From assembly GCF_024235715.1 (NCBI RefSeq), contig NZ_JACKLW010000012.1: a stretch of DNA of 64,000 nt; one strand, written 5' to 3'. This DNA is from Accumulibacter sp. Lineage in GTDB: Bacteria; Pseudomonadota; Gammaproteobacteria; Burkholderiales; Rhodocyclaceae. The translations under genes and the position numbers were made by a program. The notes under the pieces were generated by a model. It did not search any database, had not been told where the DNA came from, and saw nothing but the letters and a program-made list of their open reading frames with translations. Positions 8,619 to 18,960 of this stretch are shown one piece after another; within the stretch, counting starts at the first letter, position 1; each line of letters starts with the position of its first letter.

Positions 8619-10311
8619 GGCGAAGCTCGTCCAGGGTCGTTTCGCCGCTGGCGACCAGGCGCAGTGCGGCTTCCATCAGGCTGCGCGTGCCGTGGCGGTA
8701 GGCGACCTCCTTGAGTTGCCTGATCGGGCGCTTTTCGATGATCAACTCGCGCAACTCGTCGTTGAGATTGAGGATCTCGGCAATCGCCTTGCGGCCGCGA
8801 TAGCCGGAGCCACGGCAGTCGCCGCAGCCGCTGCCGCGGCGGAAATCGAAACGCGCCATTTCGTCGGCGGCAATGACGAAACGTTCGAGTTCGGCCGCGC
8901 CCGGCGTATAGGAGGTACTGCAGCGGGCACAGTTGACGCGCAGCAGACGCTGCGCCCAGATGCCGTTCAGGGCCGAGGCAAAGGCGTAGGGGTCGATGCC
9001 CATGTGCGTGAAACGCCCGAAAACGTCGAAGACGTTGTTGGCATGCACGGTGGTCAGCACCAGATGCCCGGTCAGTGCCGACTGCACGGCGATCTCGGCA
9101 GTTTCGCGGTCGCGGATCTCGCCGACCATGATCTTGTCGGGATCGTGCCGCAGGATCGAGCGCAGGCCGCGAGCGAAGGTCAGGCCTTTCTTGTCATTGA
9201 CCGGAATCTGCAGCACGCCCGGCAACTGGTACTCGACCGGATCCTCGATGGTGATGATCTTGTCGCGACCGTTGTTGATCTCCGAGATTGCGCCGTAGAG
9301 GGTGGTCGTCTTGCCCGAGCCGGTCGGGCCGGTCACCAGCAGCATCCCGTAGGGTTCTTCGACGAGTCGCCGCAGCGCTTTCAGCGAATGTGCGTCGAAG
9401 CCGAGCAGGTCCAGCGTCAGCGCACCGTGCGCCTCGATGACCCCGCGCTTGTCGAGGATGCGCACGACGGCATCCTCACCGTGAATGCTCGGCATGATCG
9501 ACACCCGCAGGTCGATGTCGCGGCCGGCCACCTGCACCCGGAAGCTGCCGTCCTGAGGTGTTCGCCGCTCGCCGATGTCGAGTTCGGCGAGCACCTTCAG
9601 CCGCGACACCACCTGCTCGGCGAGCACCACGCCGCTGATCTGCGCAACCGTGTCGAGCACTCCGTCGAGACGGTACTTGATGGTGATGCCGGTCGGCGTA
9701 CTCTCGAGATGGACGTCGCTGGCCGCTGCCCGCACCGCGTCGAAGACCGTCGAATTGACCAGCTTGACGGCCGGGCTGGACGCCTCGCTGACCGACGCGT
9801 AGCTGAGCACTTCGGCGGTCCGGCCATTCTCGGGTGCCGTGGCGGCATCGTGCACCAGCGACTGCACCGCGTGCACCGATTCCTCATGCTTCGACAGATA
9901 GGCCTGGATGTCGGCCGCCAGCGCCAGGCTGTAGTGCACCGGCGTGCCGACCAGGCTGCTCAGCCACACCATGCAATCGCTGTCATAGGGATCCGCAATG
10001 ACGCCGATGATCTGGCGATCAACGCCATCGCCACCACTCGGCGTCGAACGCAGCAGCAGGCAACCTCGCTGCTGCGCCCTGACCAGCGGCAGAAGGTCGA
10101 AAGCCGCGCCGCAGGACAGCATCCCGGCGCTGTCCAGGACCGGCAGGCGAAAGTGTCGGGCGAGATCGTCGACCACCTGGCGCGGCTCGCGGCCGGTCAG
10201 CGCCTCGAGTTCGCTGACCAGTGATCGCCCAGAAACCTGCGCCAGATTCCTCGCCTGCTGCAGCAGGACGTCGTCGAGGCCCTGGCTGACGTCACCGCCG
10301 GGGGCATTCAT
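8599..10311 (-). CDS. gspE: GspE/PilB-family secretion ATPase
   Basis: Start re-called at ATG 10311. Walker A GPTGSGKTT, TIEDPVE, LRHDPDKIMVGEIRD, His box GHLVLTTVH and CxxC...CxxC. Confidence 0.93.
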   Translation of the reverse strand: MNAPGGDVSQGLDDVLLQQARNLAQVSGRSLVSELEALTGREPRQVVDDLARHFRLPVLDSAGMLSCGAAFDLLPLVRAQQRGCLLLRSTPSGGDGVDRQIIGVIADPYDSDCMVWLSSLVGTPVHYSLALAADIQAYLSKHEESVHAVQSLVHDAATAPENGRTAEVLSYASVSEASSPAVKLVNSTVFDAVRAAASDVHLESTPTGITIKYRLDGVLDTVAQISGVVLAEQVVSRLKVLAELDIGERRTPQDGSFRVQVAGRDIDLRVSIMPSIHGEDAVVRILDKRGVIEAHGALTLDLLGFDAHSLKALRRLVEEPYGMLLVTGPTGSGKTTTLYGAISEINNGRDKIITIEDPVEYQLPGVLQIPVNDKKGLTFARGLRSILRHDPDKIMVGEIRDRETAEIAVQSALTGHLVLTTVHANNVFDVFGRFTHMGIDPYAFASALNGIWAQRLLRVNCARCSTSYTPGAAELERFVIAADEMARFDFRRGSGCGDCRGSGYRGRKAIAEILNLNDELRELIIEKRPIRQLKEVAYRHGTRSLMEAALRLVASGETTLDELRRVTLSG

Positions 10312-11510
10312 TGCAGCGTCCCCGCGAGGTCGAAAATGGGCATGTACAGCAGGATCACGATCAGCCCGACCAGCAGGCCGATGGCAGTCATCAGCAGCGG
10401 TTCGAAGACCTTGGCGAAGCGCTCTATCGAGCGCGCGCTCTCTCCTTCGTAGAACAGCGCCGAGCGCGTCAGCATGGCGCCCATCTGCCCGGATCTTTCG
10501 CCGACGCGCAACAGGCGCAGCGCGACTGGCGTGGCCAGCCCACTGCTCTCGAAGGCCTGCGACAGGGAACCGCCATCGGAGATGATGCTGCGCGCCGCGC
10601 GCAGCGCTTCGCGGGTGTCTGGTGAAACGGCGTTGCCGACGATATCGAGCGCCGTCAGGATCGGAATGCCGCCTTCCAGCAGCATGCCGGTGGTCAGGTA
10701 CAGCCGGGACAGCTCGATCACCCGGATGCGCTCGCCAATGCCCGGCAGGCGGGTCAGAAAGACGATCCACAGACCCGAGCGAAGGAAGTGGCGCAACCAC
10801 AAAGCGGCTGCCAGTGTCAGCAGCAGCAGCCCGCCGAAAACGACATCGCTGTGCTCGCTGACCAAAGCGCCCCAGTCGAGCAACAGCTGCGAAAGCCAGG
10901 GCAGGGAACGGCCGCTGCCCTGGTAGACGCCGGCGAAGCGCGGCACGACGTAAGCCATCAGGAAGACGGTGACGCCAGCGCCGACGGCGAGCAGAATTGC
11001 CGGGTAGATGGCGGCGCTGAGCACCTTGCTGCGCACGGCGTCGAGACGCGTCTGATAGTCGATATAACGCGTCAGGGCTTGCGGCAGGTCGCTGGTTCCC
11101 TCGGCGGCCCTGACGATACCGACGTAGAGCGGCGGGAATACTTCCGGCTGCAGCGCCAGCGCCGCGGAAAAGCGCAGCCCCTCGCGCAGGTGCGCAACAA
11201 GCCGTTCGAGCACTGCCCGTGAAGTCGGCGCAGTCTCTTTCTCGAGCAGCGCTTCGAAGGTTTCGACCAGACTCAGCCCGGCCTCGAGCAAGGCCAGCAC
11301 TTCGGCGCTGAAGAGCAACAGCGAAAACGCTCGGCGGCCGCGACCCGGCAGGCGTCCCGAGCCGGCGCCTGCGCGGCTGGCGGCCTTGATAGACAGTGGC
11401 TGCAGGCGCCGCTGCCGGAGCAGCCGCCCGGCCTCGCCAGCATCGGCGGCATCAATGCTGTGCGTCTCGATCAGGTTGTCGGCAGATAAGGCACGCACTT
11501 CAAAACGCAT
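10308..11510 (-). CDS. gspF: GspF/PilC inner-membrane platform protein
   Basis: Two GspF repeats (LLEAGLSL...GLRFSAAL...EGTSDL; GERSGQM...FEPLL), three TM segments. Confidence 0.92.
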   Translation of the reverse strand: MRFEVRALSADNLIETHSIDAADAGEAGRLLRQRRLQPLSIKAASRAGAGSGRLPGRGRRAFSLLLFSAEVLALLEAGLSLVETFEALLEKETAPTSRAVLERLVAHLREGLRFSAALALQPEVFPPLYVGIVRAAEGTSDLPQALTRYIDYQTRLDAVRSKVLSAAIYPAILLAVGAGVTVFLMAYVVPRFAGVYQGSGRSLPWLSQLLLDWGALVSEHSDVVFGGLLLLTLAAALWLRHFLRSGLWIVFLTRLPGIGERIRVIELSRLYLTTGMLLEGGIPILTALDIVGNAVSPDTREALRAARSIISDGGSLSQAFESSGLATPVALRLLRVGERSGQMGAMLTRSALFYEGESARSIERFAKVFEPLLMTAIGLLVGLIVILLYMPIFDLAGTLQ

Positions 11511-11528
11511 CCCTGCCCCGCCGGATTC

Positions 11529-12038
11529 TCATTGATAGCTGACGTCGGCGGCATCGCCGCTGCCGCCGGGCTGGCCATCCTTGCCGTAAGACATGATCTC
11601 GAAGTCGGCGTTGGCGCCCGGCGACCGGTAGATGTAAGCACGACCCCAGGGATCCGGCGGCACGGCCTTCTGCAGGTAGGGACCATTCCAGCGAGCGGCG
11701 TTGGCCGGCTTGCTGAGGAGGGCATCAAGGCCCTCTTCGGTGGTCGGATAGCGACCCACCTCGAGGCGATAGGTATCGAGTGCGCGGGCAAAGGCTTCCA
11801 CCTGCGCCTTGGCCACTCCCTGTTCCGACCTGCCGAGCTGCGAGAAGTACTTCGGGCCGACGTATGCTGCCAGCAGGCCGATGATCGCCACCACCACCAG
11901 TAGCTCGAGCAGCGTGAAACCGGCGCCAGCTCGCGCCCAGTTCCGCAAGCCACCGAAAGCCGGCCTGGCCACCTGGCCGGTAGTGCTGCCCGCAAGATTG
12001 CGCCGCTTTGCCTGCGGGTCTGGTCGATATCTGCTCAC
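11529..12038 (-). CDS. gspG: Major pseudopilin GspG
   Basis: G|FTLLELLVVVAII; YRLEVGRYPTTEEGLDAL...WNGPYL...DPWGRAYIY...SYGKDGQPGG. Confidence 0.92.
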   Translation of the reverse strand: MSRYRPDPQAKRRNLAGSTTGQVARPAFGGLRNWARAGAGFTLLELLVVVAIIGLLAAYVGPKYFSQLGRSEQGVAKAQVEAFARALDTYRLEVGRYPTTEEGLDALLSKPANAARWNGPYLQKAVPPDPWGRAYIYRSPGANADFEIMSYGKDGQPGGSGDAADVSYQ

Positions 12039-12766
12039 TGACTGCTTCCTCGCGCCGCTGCCGACAGTACCGCCGGCACATAGAGCATGGTTTCCCGATA
12101 CGGCGGAATGCGGCCGCCGTTCCTGGCCACCGCACCCTGACCGGCATTGTAGGCGGCCAGCGCCAGGGCTACGTTGCCGTGATGTTGGTTAAGGAGGCGC
12201 TTGAGGTGGCGCACGCCGGCATCGATGTTCTGCGCCGGGTCGCGGCTGTTGGTGACTCCGTAGCGGGCGGCAGTCACCGGCATCAGTTGCATTGCGCCGG
12301 TGGCGCCCCTCGCCGAAACAGCCCCGGCATCGAACCCCGACTCGACCGCCACCACCGCCGCGACCAGGGCCGGCGTCACCTGGTGAACGCGGGCATAGTG
12401 TTCGATCAGCGGCGCCAACTGCCGCTGCGCGCGTTGCCGGCTCACCTGGCCTGCCGTTGCCGACGCAGTGCTGCGGCTCTTGCGGACAGTCTTCCCGCGA
12501 ATGAACAGGCTGTAGCTGGCGTCCAGGCGCTGGCTGGCATAGCGTGGCCCCCCGTCGGCGTAGGAGACGAAGACGTTGCCGACAGTCGCCGCACTTGCCG
12601 GGGCGAGCAGCAGGCTGCCAATCACTACGGCCATGGCCACGCGCAGCGCCCGAGAGCGCGGCGCGGCGCGACGGAGCCAGGCGGCAGGTGTCGATGAGCG
12701 CGGCAGCCGCCAGCCGCCGGCTCGAGGAACACAGCACTCCACTACAGAAGTTGCAATCATGACCAT
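12035..12766 (-). CDS. SLT-family lytic transglycosylase
   Basis: AVVAVESGF (catalytic Glu), GAMQLMP and ALAAYNAG. N-terminal signal-like segment. Exact start uncertain. Confidence 0.88.
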   Translation of the reverse strand: MVMIATSVVECCVPRAGGWRLPRSSTPAAWLRRAAPRSRALRVAMAVVIGSLLLAPASAATVGNVFVSYADGGPRYASQRLDASYSLFIRGKTVRKSRSTASATAGQVSRQRAQRQLAPLIEHYARVHQVTPALVAAVVAVESGFDAGAVSARGATGAMQLMPVTAARYGVTNSRDPAQNIDAGVRHLKRLLNQHHGNVALALAAYNAGQGAVARNGGRIPPYRETMLYVPAVLSAAARGSSQ

Positions 12767-13062
12767 GCCCAGGTAGATCCGATTAGGCGCACACTATGCG
12801 GTTGCTTGTCCCGCGTCGATCGCAACTTGCCCTTGCCACCCGCGCCCGTGTGCAGCATGCGTTACCGATCAAGCGGCCACACGTCAGCCGTTGAGCATAG
12901 CATGCCCGCGAGGCGATGGGCCGCAACTCGCACACGCGGCGGCGCCCGGCCGCTTCGGAGAGCACTTCGCTACGCCAAGAACGCCGGGCGGGAAAACCGC
13001 GAATCGTGGATATGCGTGGCTGCCGTTAGCGGTTTCCCCGGGAATGCGCCGCCGAAAAACGC

Positions 13063-15057
13063 CTAGTCGCCCTTCGGACCGTTATGGCAATCGTAGCAAC
13101 TGACCTTGTCCCCGGGAAGATAGCTATGCGCCTTGCCGTCGATAAGGAAACTCTTGGCGACCTTGATCTCCGCCAGCGGCGCGCCGCGGAAGTCGGCACC
13201 GTGACACGCCGCGCAAGCAGCCTTGCCGCCCCTCTCGACCGCGTCTGCATGCTTTTCCACCCACGCCGTGTTCGTCGAGTGCATGCCGTGCGGACCACCA
13301 TTGCTGGTCGTCGGCACCTTCGCGTGGCAGGTCGAACACTCACGGATGGTGCCGGCGTAACCCTGCAGCGCAATACTCTGAACGTTGTCATTATCGTGCG
13401 AACTCGGGTACTCGGCATGCGTCGAGCCGTGACACGCTTCACATTGCAGCTTGCCGTGGCCGGTACTGAAGCGGAAGAGACTGAAGCGGAAATCTGCCAG
13501 GTTCGTCCGCGGCGTATCAGGCGTCGTCGCGAAGCGCGTATCGGCGACCTTGCGTAGCGTGCCATTGGCATCTAGCGCGCTCAGTTCGCGTTTGCCGTCG
13601 TGGTGGCAGGCCTGGCAGTTCGGCTGCTCCAGCCAGCCGACGCGCGTCGGTGCACCGACAGCGGTCATCGTGCCGTGACAGCTCTGGCAACCCATGGTGG
13701 CCTTGCCGCTGGCGTCGACAACGTTGCCCATCGCGCCGCGCAGACACTTTGTCTCGGATCCCGGATGACACGTATAGCAGGCGCTGCGGTTGTCGATCGC
13801 ATCGAGTTTCTTGCCCTGCACAGGATCGGCGACCAGCGCGTGCTGTGTATGCAGCGCCGAGGTGAGCGCCGAAATACCCGCAAGCCCCGTACCCGGCAGG
13901 GCGTTCGACGCGTGGCACGCGGCGCAAAGCACGGGCTGGCCTCGTCTGGCCGTCGTCGTCAGTCCGTCCGGGTCCATGTTGAGCTTGGCGAGCGCGTCCT
14001 TGAACATCGCGTTCTTGATCTTGCGTTCGTCGTGCAGGAGCAGGATGTTCCACTTCCAGTCCTTCTCGATGTCGTCGTCCCAGGCCCACCCCGCGCGGGG
14101 CATGGCCGCCAATTCCGCCGCATTCCCGACAACGGACTTCGACGCATGGCAAGCCTTGCAGGTCATCTCGTCGCTGACCGGAAGCACGGTTCTGGTCGAC
14201 GCCAGCACCTTGCCCGCAGCATCCTTCGCCACCACCTTGACCATCGGATAGAAGTTTTTCAACAGCTTGTCATCGTAGGGCGTGATCGGAATCCCCTCGG
14301 CCGCGAACCAGGCCAGCTGCGCGCTATAGGTCATCCTCGCGGGACGGGCACTGGGTGTCGGATTGCCACCGAGCCCGACGTCGGGTGGCGGGCTCTGGTT
14401 GAACAGGGCATCGACGTACTGCCAGAAGTTGGTCTTCGTCGCGCTGCTGGTATTGATCGAGCCTGCAGCGTCGGCGACCGACTCGTAGCTCAATGACACG
14501 CCGCTGCTTACCAGCTTGCCGGTGGTGGTGTTGATCACCTGGGCGTACAGGTTGTTGTAGGGCGGGAGAATCGAGAAGACCGAGTAATCCTTGCCATCGA
14601 CGCAGTGCATGCCCAAGTCGTTCCAGGCCAGCACCTTGAACCCGGCAGTGGTCGGCGTACTACCGACCACTGACCGGGTCACGGTCACTTCAATCGTTTT
14701 CGTGCTGCGCGAATCGCTGACCAGAACCCTGGCCTCGCCGGGTTTGACGGCGGAGAGCCGGATTGTCCCGGCCGAGTACGATGCGCCGATGACGCTGTAG
14801 TCGGACGACTTGACCCTGACCGAGCCGGAGGCATTGCTGACATGCGCCACCGACGAACTTTTCGCGGCCATGGTCAGCGCGGTCGGGGAAACGCTCAGTG
14901 CCGACTTGGCAACCAATCCCTCGCTTCGGGCTTGCTCCCGCCCGGAATCGGCCATCGCCATGCCACCAAGGGCAGAAGGCAAGAACAGCGCCACGAGCAG
15001 CAAAGCGCCTCCGATCAACTGCTGGGCTGGCCCAGCCAGCACGTGCTTGTTCCCCAT
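13063..15057 (-). CDS. Secreted multiheme (9 x CxxCH) cytochrome c with N-terminal Ig-like domain
   Basis: ATG 15057 is preceded by GGAGG; Sec-type signal. Motifs CKACH, CAACH, CYTCH, CQSCH, CQACH, CEACH, CSTCH, CAACH, CYDCH. Confidence 0.9.
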   Translation of the reverse strand: MGNKHVLAGPAQQLIGGALLLVALFLPSALGGMAMADSGREQARSEGLVAKSALSVSPTALTMAAKSSSVAHVSNASGSVRVKSSDYSVIGASYSAGTIRLSAVKPGEARVLVSDSRSTKTIEVTVTRSVVGSTPTTAGFKVLAWNDLGMHCVDGKDYSVFSILPPYNNLYAQVINTTTGKLVSSGVSLSYESVADAAGSINTSSATKTNFWQYVDALFNQSPPPDVGLGGNPTPSARPARMTYSAQLAWFAAEGIPITPYDDKLLKNFYPMVKVVAKDAAGKVLASTRTVLPVSDEMTCKACHASKSVVGNAAELAAMPRAGWAWDDDIEKDWKWNILLLHDERKIKNAMFKDALAKLNMDPDGLTTTARRGQPVLCAACHASNALPGTGLAGISALTSALHTQHALVADPVQGKKLDAIDNRSACYTCHPGSETKCLRGAMGNVVDASGKATMGCQSCHGTMTAVGAPTRVGWLEQPNCQACHHDGKRELSALDANGTLRKVADTRFATTPDTPRTNLADFRFSLFRFSTGHGKLQCEACHGSTHAEYPSSHDNDNVQSIALQGYAGTIRECSTCHAKVPTTSNGGPHGMHSTNTAWVEKHADAVERGGKAACAACHGADFRGAPLAEIKVAKSFLIDGKAHSYLPGDKVSCYDCHNGPKGD

Positions 15058-15559
15058 GCGTACCTCCCCGACTCTCATTACGCTACGAAGGGCGGAACGG
15101 GAAACGGCATCCGTGCGCAAGCCGACGCCATTTATCCCACATCCACCACAGGGATAGTACATGCAGCAAAACGGAATATGCAAGCACGCTTATGGAGGCA
15201 GAACGGGGGCAAGCGACAACCTGCCATTGCAAGACGCAAGAGCGCCACGGGGTGACTTGTTCTCGTGCCGGGAGCAAGGTGATGCTTGGCCAGTGGAATC
15301 GTTGGCCATGTGCAGATCGTCGAAAACCAGGCGGATGTTGCGGCTGAGCCGTCCCATTCCTTCGGCGAGGCTGCCAGGAGGGGTGTGCATCCGTACAGCG
15401 GTGAGCATCATCCTGGCATCCTGTGCGACAGCTGGGGTTGAGTATCGAACAGGAAAGCGGTGCGCGAGCGTCAGCCTGCGGTGGGCGAACGAAGACTGGT
15501 TTGGCCTCCTGCGGGTGGGTGCTGTAGTCTTCCCGCGTGCGGCGAAAGCCTTGCGTCAG

Positions 15560-15815
15560 TCCCAGGCAGGGCCGGTTGGCGACCAGACCCAGGCGATCAT
15601 ACGGATGCCGATGCCCCATCCGATCCAGCGGTCGCAGACGCCGCATTCCAGAGCGCGGCCAAAACAGTCAGCAACGCCGCCAACGCTTCGCTGTCGGTGG
15701 CAAAGTACCAGAGGGTGTTGCCAGTCTTCGCCAGATCGCCAAAGTATTGATGCTGCGCCATCAACATCCGATAGCGAGCCTCTTCGCTCTTGTCCACCCG
15801 GCGAACACGCAAGCA
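15560..15815 (-). pseudogene. Frameshifted fragment of a DUF4338-type IS transposase N-terminus
   Basis: One frame reads RVRRVDKSEEARYRMLMAQHQYFGDLAKTGNTLWYFAT and another continues ALECGVCDRWIGW. Together they resemble the HHYLG..KIGxTLWYVA...DRWIGW signature as I recall it. No DDE domain follows. Confidence 0.65.
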
Positions 15816-16083
15816 CCAGGATCGCTTTCCAGGTGCGACTCACTCGCACCTTCTTCTGCAGTGTTCAGGGGAAAAAGTAGCTGCTTGATTCGCTGTGCAG
15901 TGGCTTAGAGGACAAATTGATCCTGGTGGTCGCAGCGTCGCGCGGTCGACGGCAGGAGCGAATACGGTACCATGCACGTCTGTCGGTAAGCCACGGAGAC
16001 AGCGGTCGCCGCCAGACGAAACGCCGGCTTATCTGTCGCCGAAGCACGCCGCACAGGCGATGAAGTTTGCAGGGAGAACGATC

Positions 16084-18879
16084 ATGAAACGGCAACCACA
16101 TCGCTGGCGCACCGCCGCGACGCTCTGTCTGGCAGCGGCGATTGCCGGTTGCAGCGCCGACAAGGATGAAGCGACGGCGATCGCAGCCGTTCGCGCGCAG
16201 ATCGAAAACAAGCAGCACGAGGCAGCCATCGTCGAGCTGAAGTCGCTGCTGCAGGGGCTGCCGCGGTCGGCCGAGGGCCGCTTCCTGCTTGGCGAAGCCT
16301 TGCTCGCCACCGGTGACGCGGCGGGGGCGGAGGCCGAGCTCCTGCGTGCCCTGGAGAATGGCTTTCCCGCCGCAGAAGTAGCCGTGCCGCTGGCGACTGC
16401 GCTGCTGGCCCTCGGCAAGCCACAGGAGTTGATCGATCGCTACCGGGGACTGAATCTCGACGCCGTCGATGCCGACGCTGAATTGAAGACCCAGATCGCC
16501 CTCGCCTACGCCGAGAACGGCGACTTCGGCGAAGCCGAGAGCATGCTCGCCGCGGCCTTGCAGCGGGCGCCTGGATATGCACCTGCTCGTCTGCTCGATG
16601 CCCGCCTGCGGGGCACTCGAGGCGACCTGCGTAAGGCACTGGCGATCGCCGACGAGGTACTGGCCCAGGCGCCTGACAATGCGCAAGCCTGGTTGCTCAA
16701 GGGCGATCTGCTGCTGGGAAGCGATCCCGCCAGCGCCGAATCCCTGGCCGCCTATCAAAAGGCGCTCGCGATACGGGCCGATCTATTGCCGGCGCATCGC
16801 GCGCTGGTCACGATGCGGATCAGACACCGTGATATCGAGGGTGCCCGAAAGCAATTGGCCGAGATGTCGAAGGCCCTGCCGGGACATCCGCAGACGATGT
16901 ACTACGAAGCGCTGATCGCCTATCTTGACGGCAATCTCGAGCAGACGCGTGAGATCACCCAATTGCTGGTGCGAGGTTCGCCGAACAACGCCAGGGTGCT
17001 GCTCCTCGCCGGACTGGCCGAAACCAGGCTCGGCGCGCTGACACAGGCCGAGTCGCTGCTGCTGCGGGCGATGGAAGCCGCGCCGAAGGCCCCCGAGCCG
17101 CGGCGCGCGCTCGCCGCCGCCTATTTGCAGGCCGGCGAAGCGAAGAAGGCGCTGGCGATACTTGACTTCCTCGAATCGCTGATCAACTCGCCGCGCTCGG
17201 AAGACGGCGAGTCGCTGGCTCTGGCAGCCCAGGCCTATCTGTTGCTAGGAGACTTCGGCAAGGCCGACGCGAACTTCGCCCGGGCGGCGCTCTTGTTGCC
17301 GGAAGACCGGGAACTGCGCATCGCGCGAGCACGCGCTCGGCTCGGGCGCGGACAGGACGAGGAGCCGCTGGCCGAACTCACCGAAATCGCGACGATGGAT
17401 CGTGGCGCGTCAGCCGATCTGGCGCTTATCAGCGCACGACTGCGGCGCAAGGAATGGGACGCCGCCCTGACCGCGGTCGATGGGCTGGCAAGAAAACTTC
17501 CCAAGAGTCCGCTGCCCGAGCAGTTGCGAGGCGCCATCGCCTGGGCAAGGCACGACGCGGCGGGCGCGCGCAGACAATTCGAGCAGGCGCTGGCCAAGGA
17601 TCCGCGCTACGTTCCGGCCATCCAGGGGATGGCGACCATCGAGCTGGCGGAGAACCGGCCGGTTGCAGCTCGGGCGCGTTTCGAACGACTGTTGGCCGAC
17701 GACCCACAGAACGTATCAGCGATGATCGCCCTCGCTGAGTGGATGGCGCGCACTGGCGCACCGACCGAACAAAGCCTCGAGCTGTTGAACAGAGCCGTGA
17801 AGACCCGCCCGAACGATCCGGCCCCCCATCAGGCGCTCATCGATCAATACCTGCGCAGCGGCGACCAGACGGCTGCGCTGACGGCGGCTCGAGCGGCAGT
17901 TATGGCCCTTCCCTCGGAGACGGTCTTGCTCGAACGCCTTGGCGCTCTGCAATTGGCGGCTGGCGACACGAATCAGGCGATCCTGACCTTCTCCAGCCTC
18001 ATGCGCGCGACTCCCGGTTCCGCTGCCGCCCGTCTGCGCCTCGCCAACGCCTTCCTGGAGGCCGGCAAGACGCGTGAGGCAGATGATCAGGTGCGCATGG
18101 CGACGCAGCTGGAACCCGCGTCGCGCGCCGTACAACAGGCCGGTGTAGCGATGGCGATGCGCCAGGACCAACCGGCCAACGCCTTGCAAGGGGCGAAAGC
18201 GCTGCAGCGACAGTTTCCGACGGATGCACTTGGCTTTCGCCTCGAAGGTGATATTGAAGCCAGCCAACGGAACTGGGAAAAGGCGATCAGTGCTTTCGGG
18301 AAGGCGCTGGTGCTTGATGATCCCGGCGACACTTCCGTACGCTTGCATTGGGCGCTTGCGACTGGAGGCAAGCCCGCAGAGGCGAAGCAGTTCGAGGAAA
18401 CCTGGCTGAAGGACCACCCGCGTGACGCGGACTTCCTCATTCATCTGGGCGACATGGCGATGCTGCGCGACGACTGGCCGGCGGCCGAGGCGTACTACCG
18501 GCAGGTGCTCGAACTGCGGCCGAATCAGGCGCTGGCACTGAACAACCTGGCGTATCTGCTGGTCAAGCTGAAGAAACCAGGTGCCTTGCCGCTGGCCCAG
18601 CGGGCGGTGGCCTTGGCCCCTCGGCGCCCCGACATGCTCGATACCCTGGCGCTCGCCTACGCCGACGCGATGCAGTTTGATCGGGCCATCGAGACACAAC
18701 GCAAGGCCATCAACCTGGCGCCGGAGTCGCCAAGCCTGCGGCTGGGCTTGGCGCGGCTGTACCTGCAGGCCGGCGACAAGGAACAGGCGCGCGAGGAACT
18801 GCTGACTCTCGCCGCACGCAGCGAGCCGTTCAGCGGACAAGGCGAGGTCGCCGCCCTGCTCAAACAGGCCAGCCCTTGA
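16084..18879 (+). CDS. prsT: PEP-CTERM system TPR-repeat lipoprotein (PrsT family)
   Basis: ATG 16084 with GGAG; lipobox IAGC; about 930 aa of tandem TPR repeats; C-terminal LNNLAYLL...DTLA pattern; adjacent to a PEP-CTERM gene. Confidence 0.8.
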   Translation: MKRQPHRWRTAATLCLAAAIAGCSADKDEATAIAAVRAQIENKQHEAAIVELKSLLQGLPRSAEGRFLLGEALLATGDAAGAEAELLRALENGFPAAEVAVPLATALLALGKPQELIDRYRGLNLDAVDADAELKTQIALAYAENGDFGEAESMLAAALQRAPGYAPARLLDARLRGTRGDLRKALAIADEVLAQAPDNAQAWLLKGDLLLGSDPASAESLAAYQKALAIRADLLPAHRALVTMRIRHRDIEGARKQLAEMSKALPGHPQTMYYEALIAYLDGNLEQTREITQLLVRGSPNNARVLLLAGLAETRLGALTQAESLLLRAMEAAPKAPEPRRALAAAYLQAGEAKKALAILDFLESLINSPRSEDGESLALAAQAYLLLGDFGKADANFARAALLLPEDRELRIARARARLGRGQDEEPLAELTEIATMDRGASADLALISARLRRKEWDAALTAVDGLARKLPKSPLPEQLRGAIAWARHDAAGARRQFEQALAKDPRYVPAIQGMATIELAENRPVAARARFERLLADDPQNVSAMIALAEWMARTGAPTEQSLELLNRAVKTRPNDPAPHQALIDQYLRSGDQTAALTAARAAVMALPSETVLLERLGALQLAAGDTNQAILTFSSLMRATPGSAAARLRLANAFLEAGKTREADDQVRMATQLEPASRAVQQAGVAMAMRQDQPANALQGAKALQRQFPTDALGFRLEGDIEASQRNWEKAISAFGKALVLDDPGDTSVRLHWALATGGKPAEAKQFEETWLKDHPRDADFLIHLGDMAMLRDDWPAAEAYYRQVLELRPNQALALNNLAYLLVKLKKPGALPLAQRAVALAPRRPDMLDTLALAYADAMQFDRAIETQRKAINLAPESPSLRLGLARLYLQAGDKEQAREELLTLAARSEPFSGQGEVAALLKQASP

Positions 18880-18960
18880 CGCTCAAGAAACCCGCAGACG
18901 CCCTCGCTCGTCCGCCGTGACCGAGTTGCGGGAGCGGGCTCTTGCCGGACGCACAACGCA

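Noticed and set aside
8692-10224. 510-aa plus-strand ORF
   Set aside because: Antisense shadow of gspE.
12989-13040. Imperfect inverted repeat GGGAAAACCGC...GCGGTTTCCC between the cytochrome and the T2SS operon
   Set aside because: Long loop, a bulge and no U-tract; could be a weak terminator but is not supportable.
15190-15411. Short ORF with LVFDDLH resembling a MalT/STAND Walker B segment
   Set aside because: Too short and no other motifs; cannot be supported as a pseudogene without a search.
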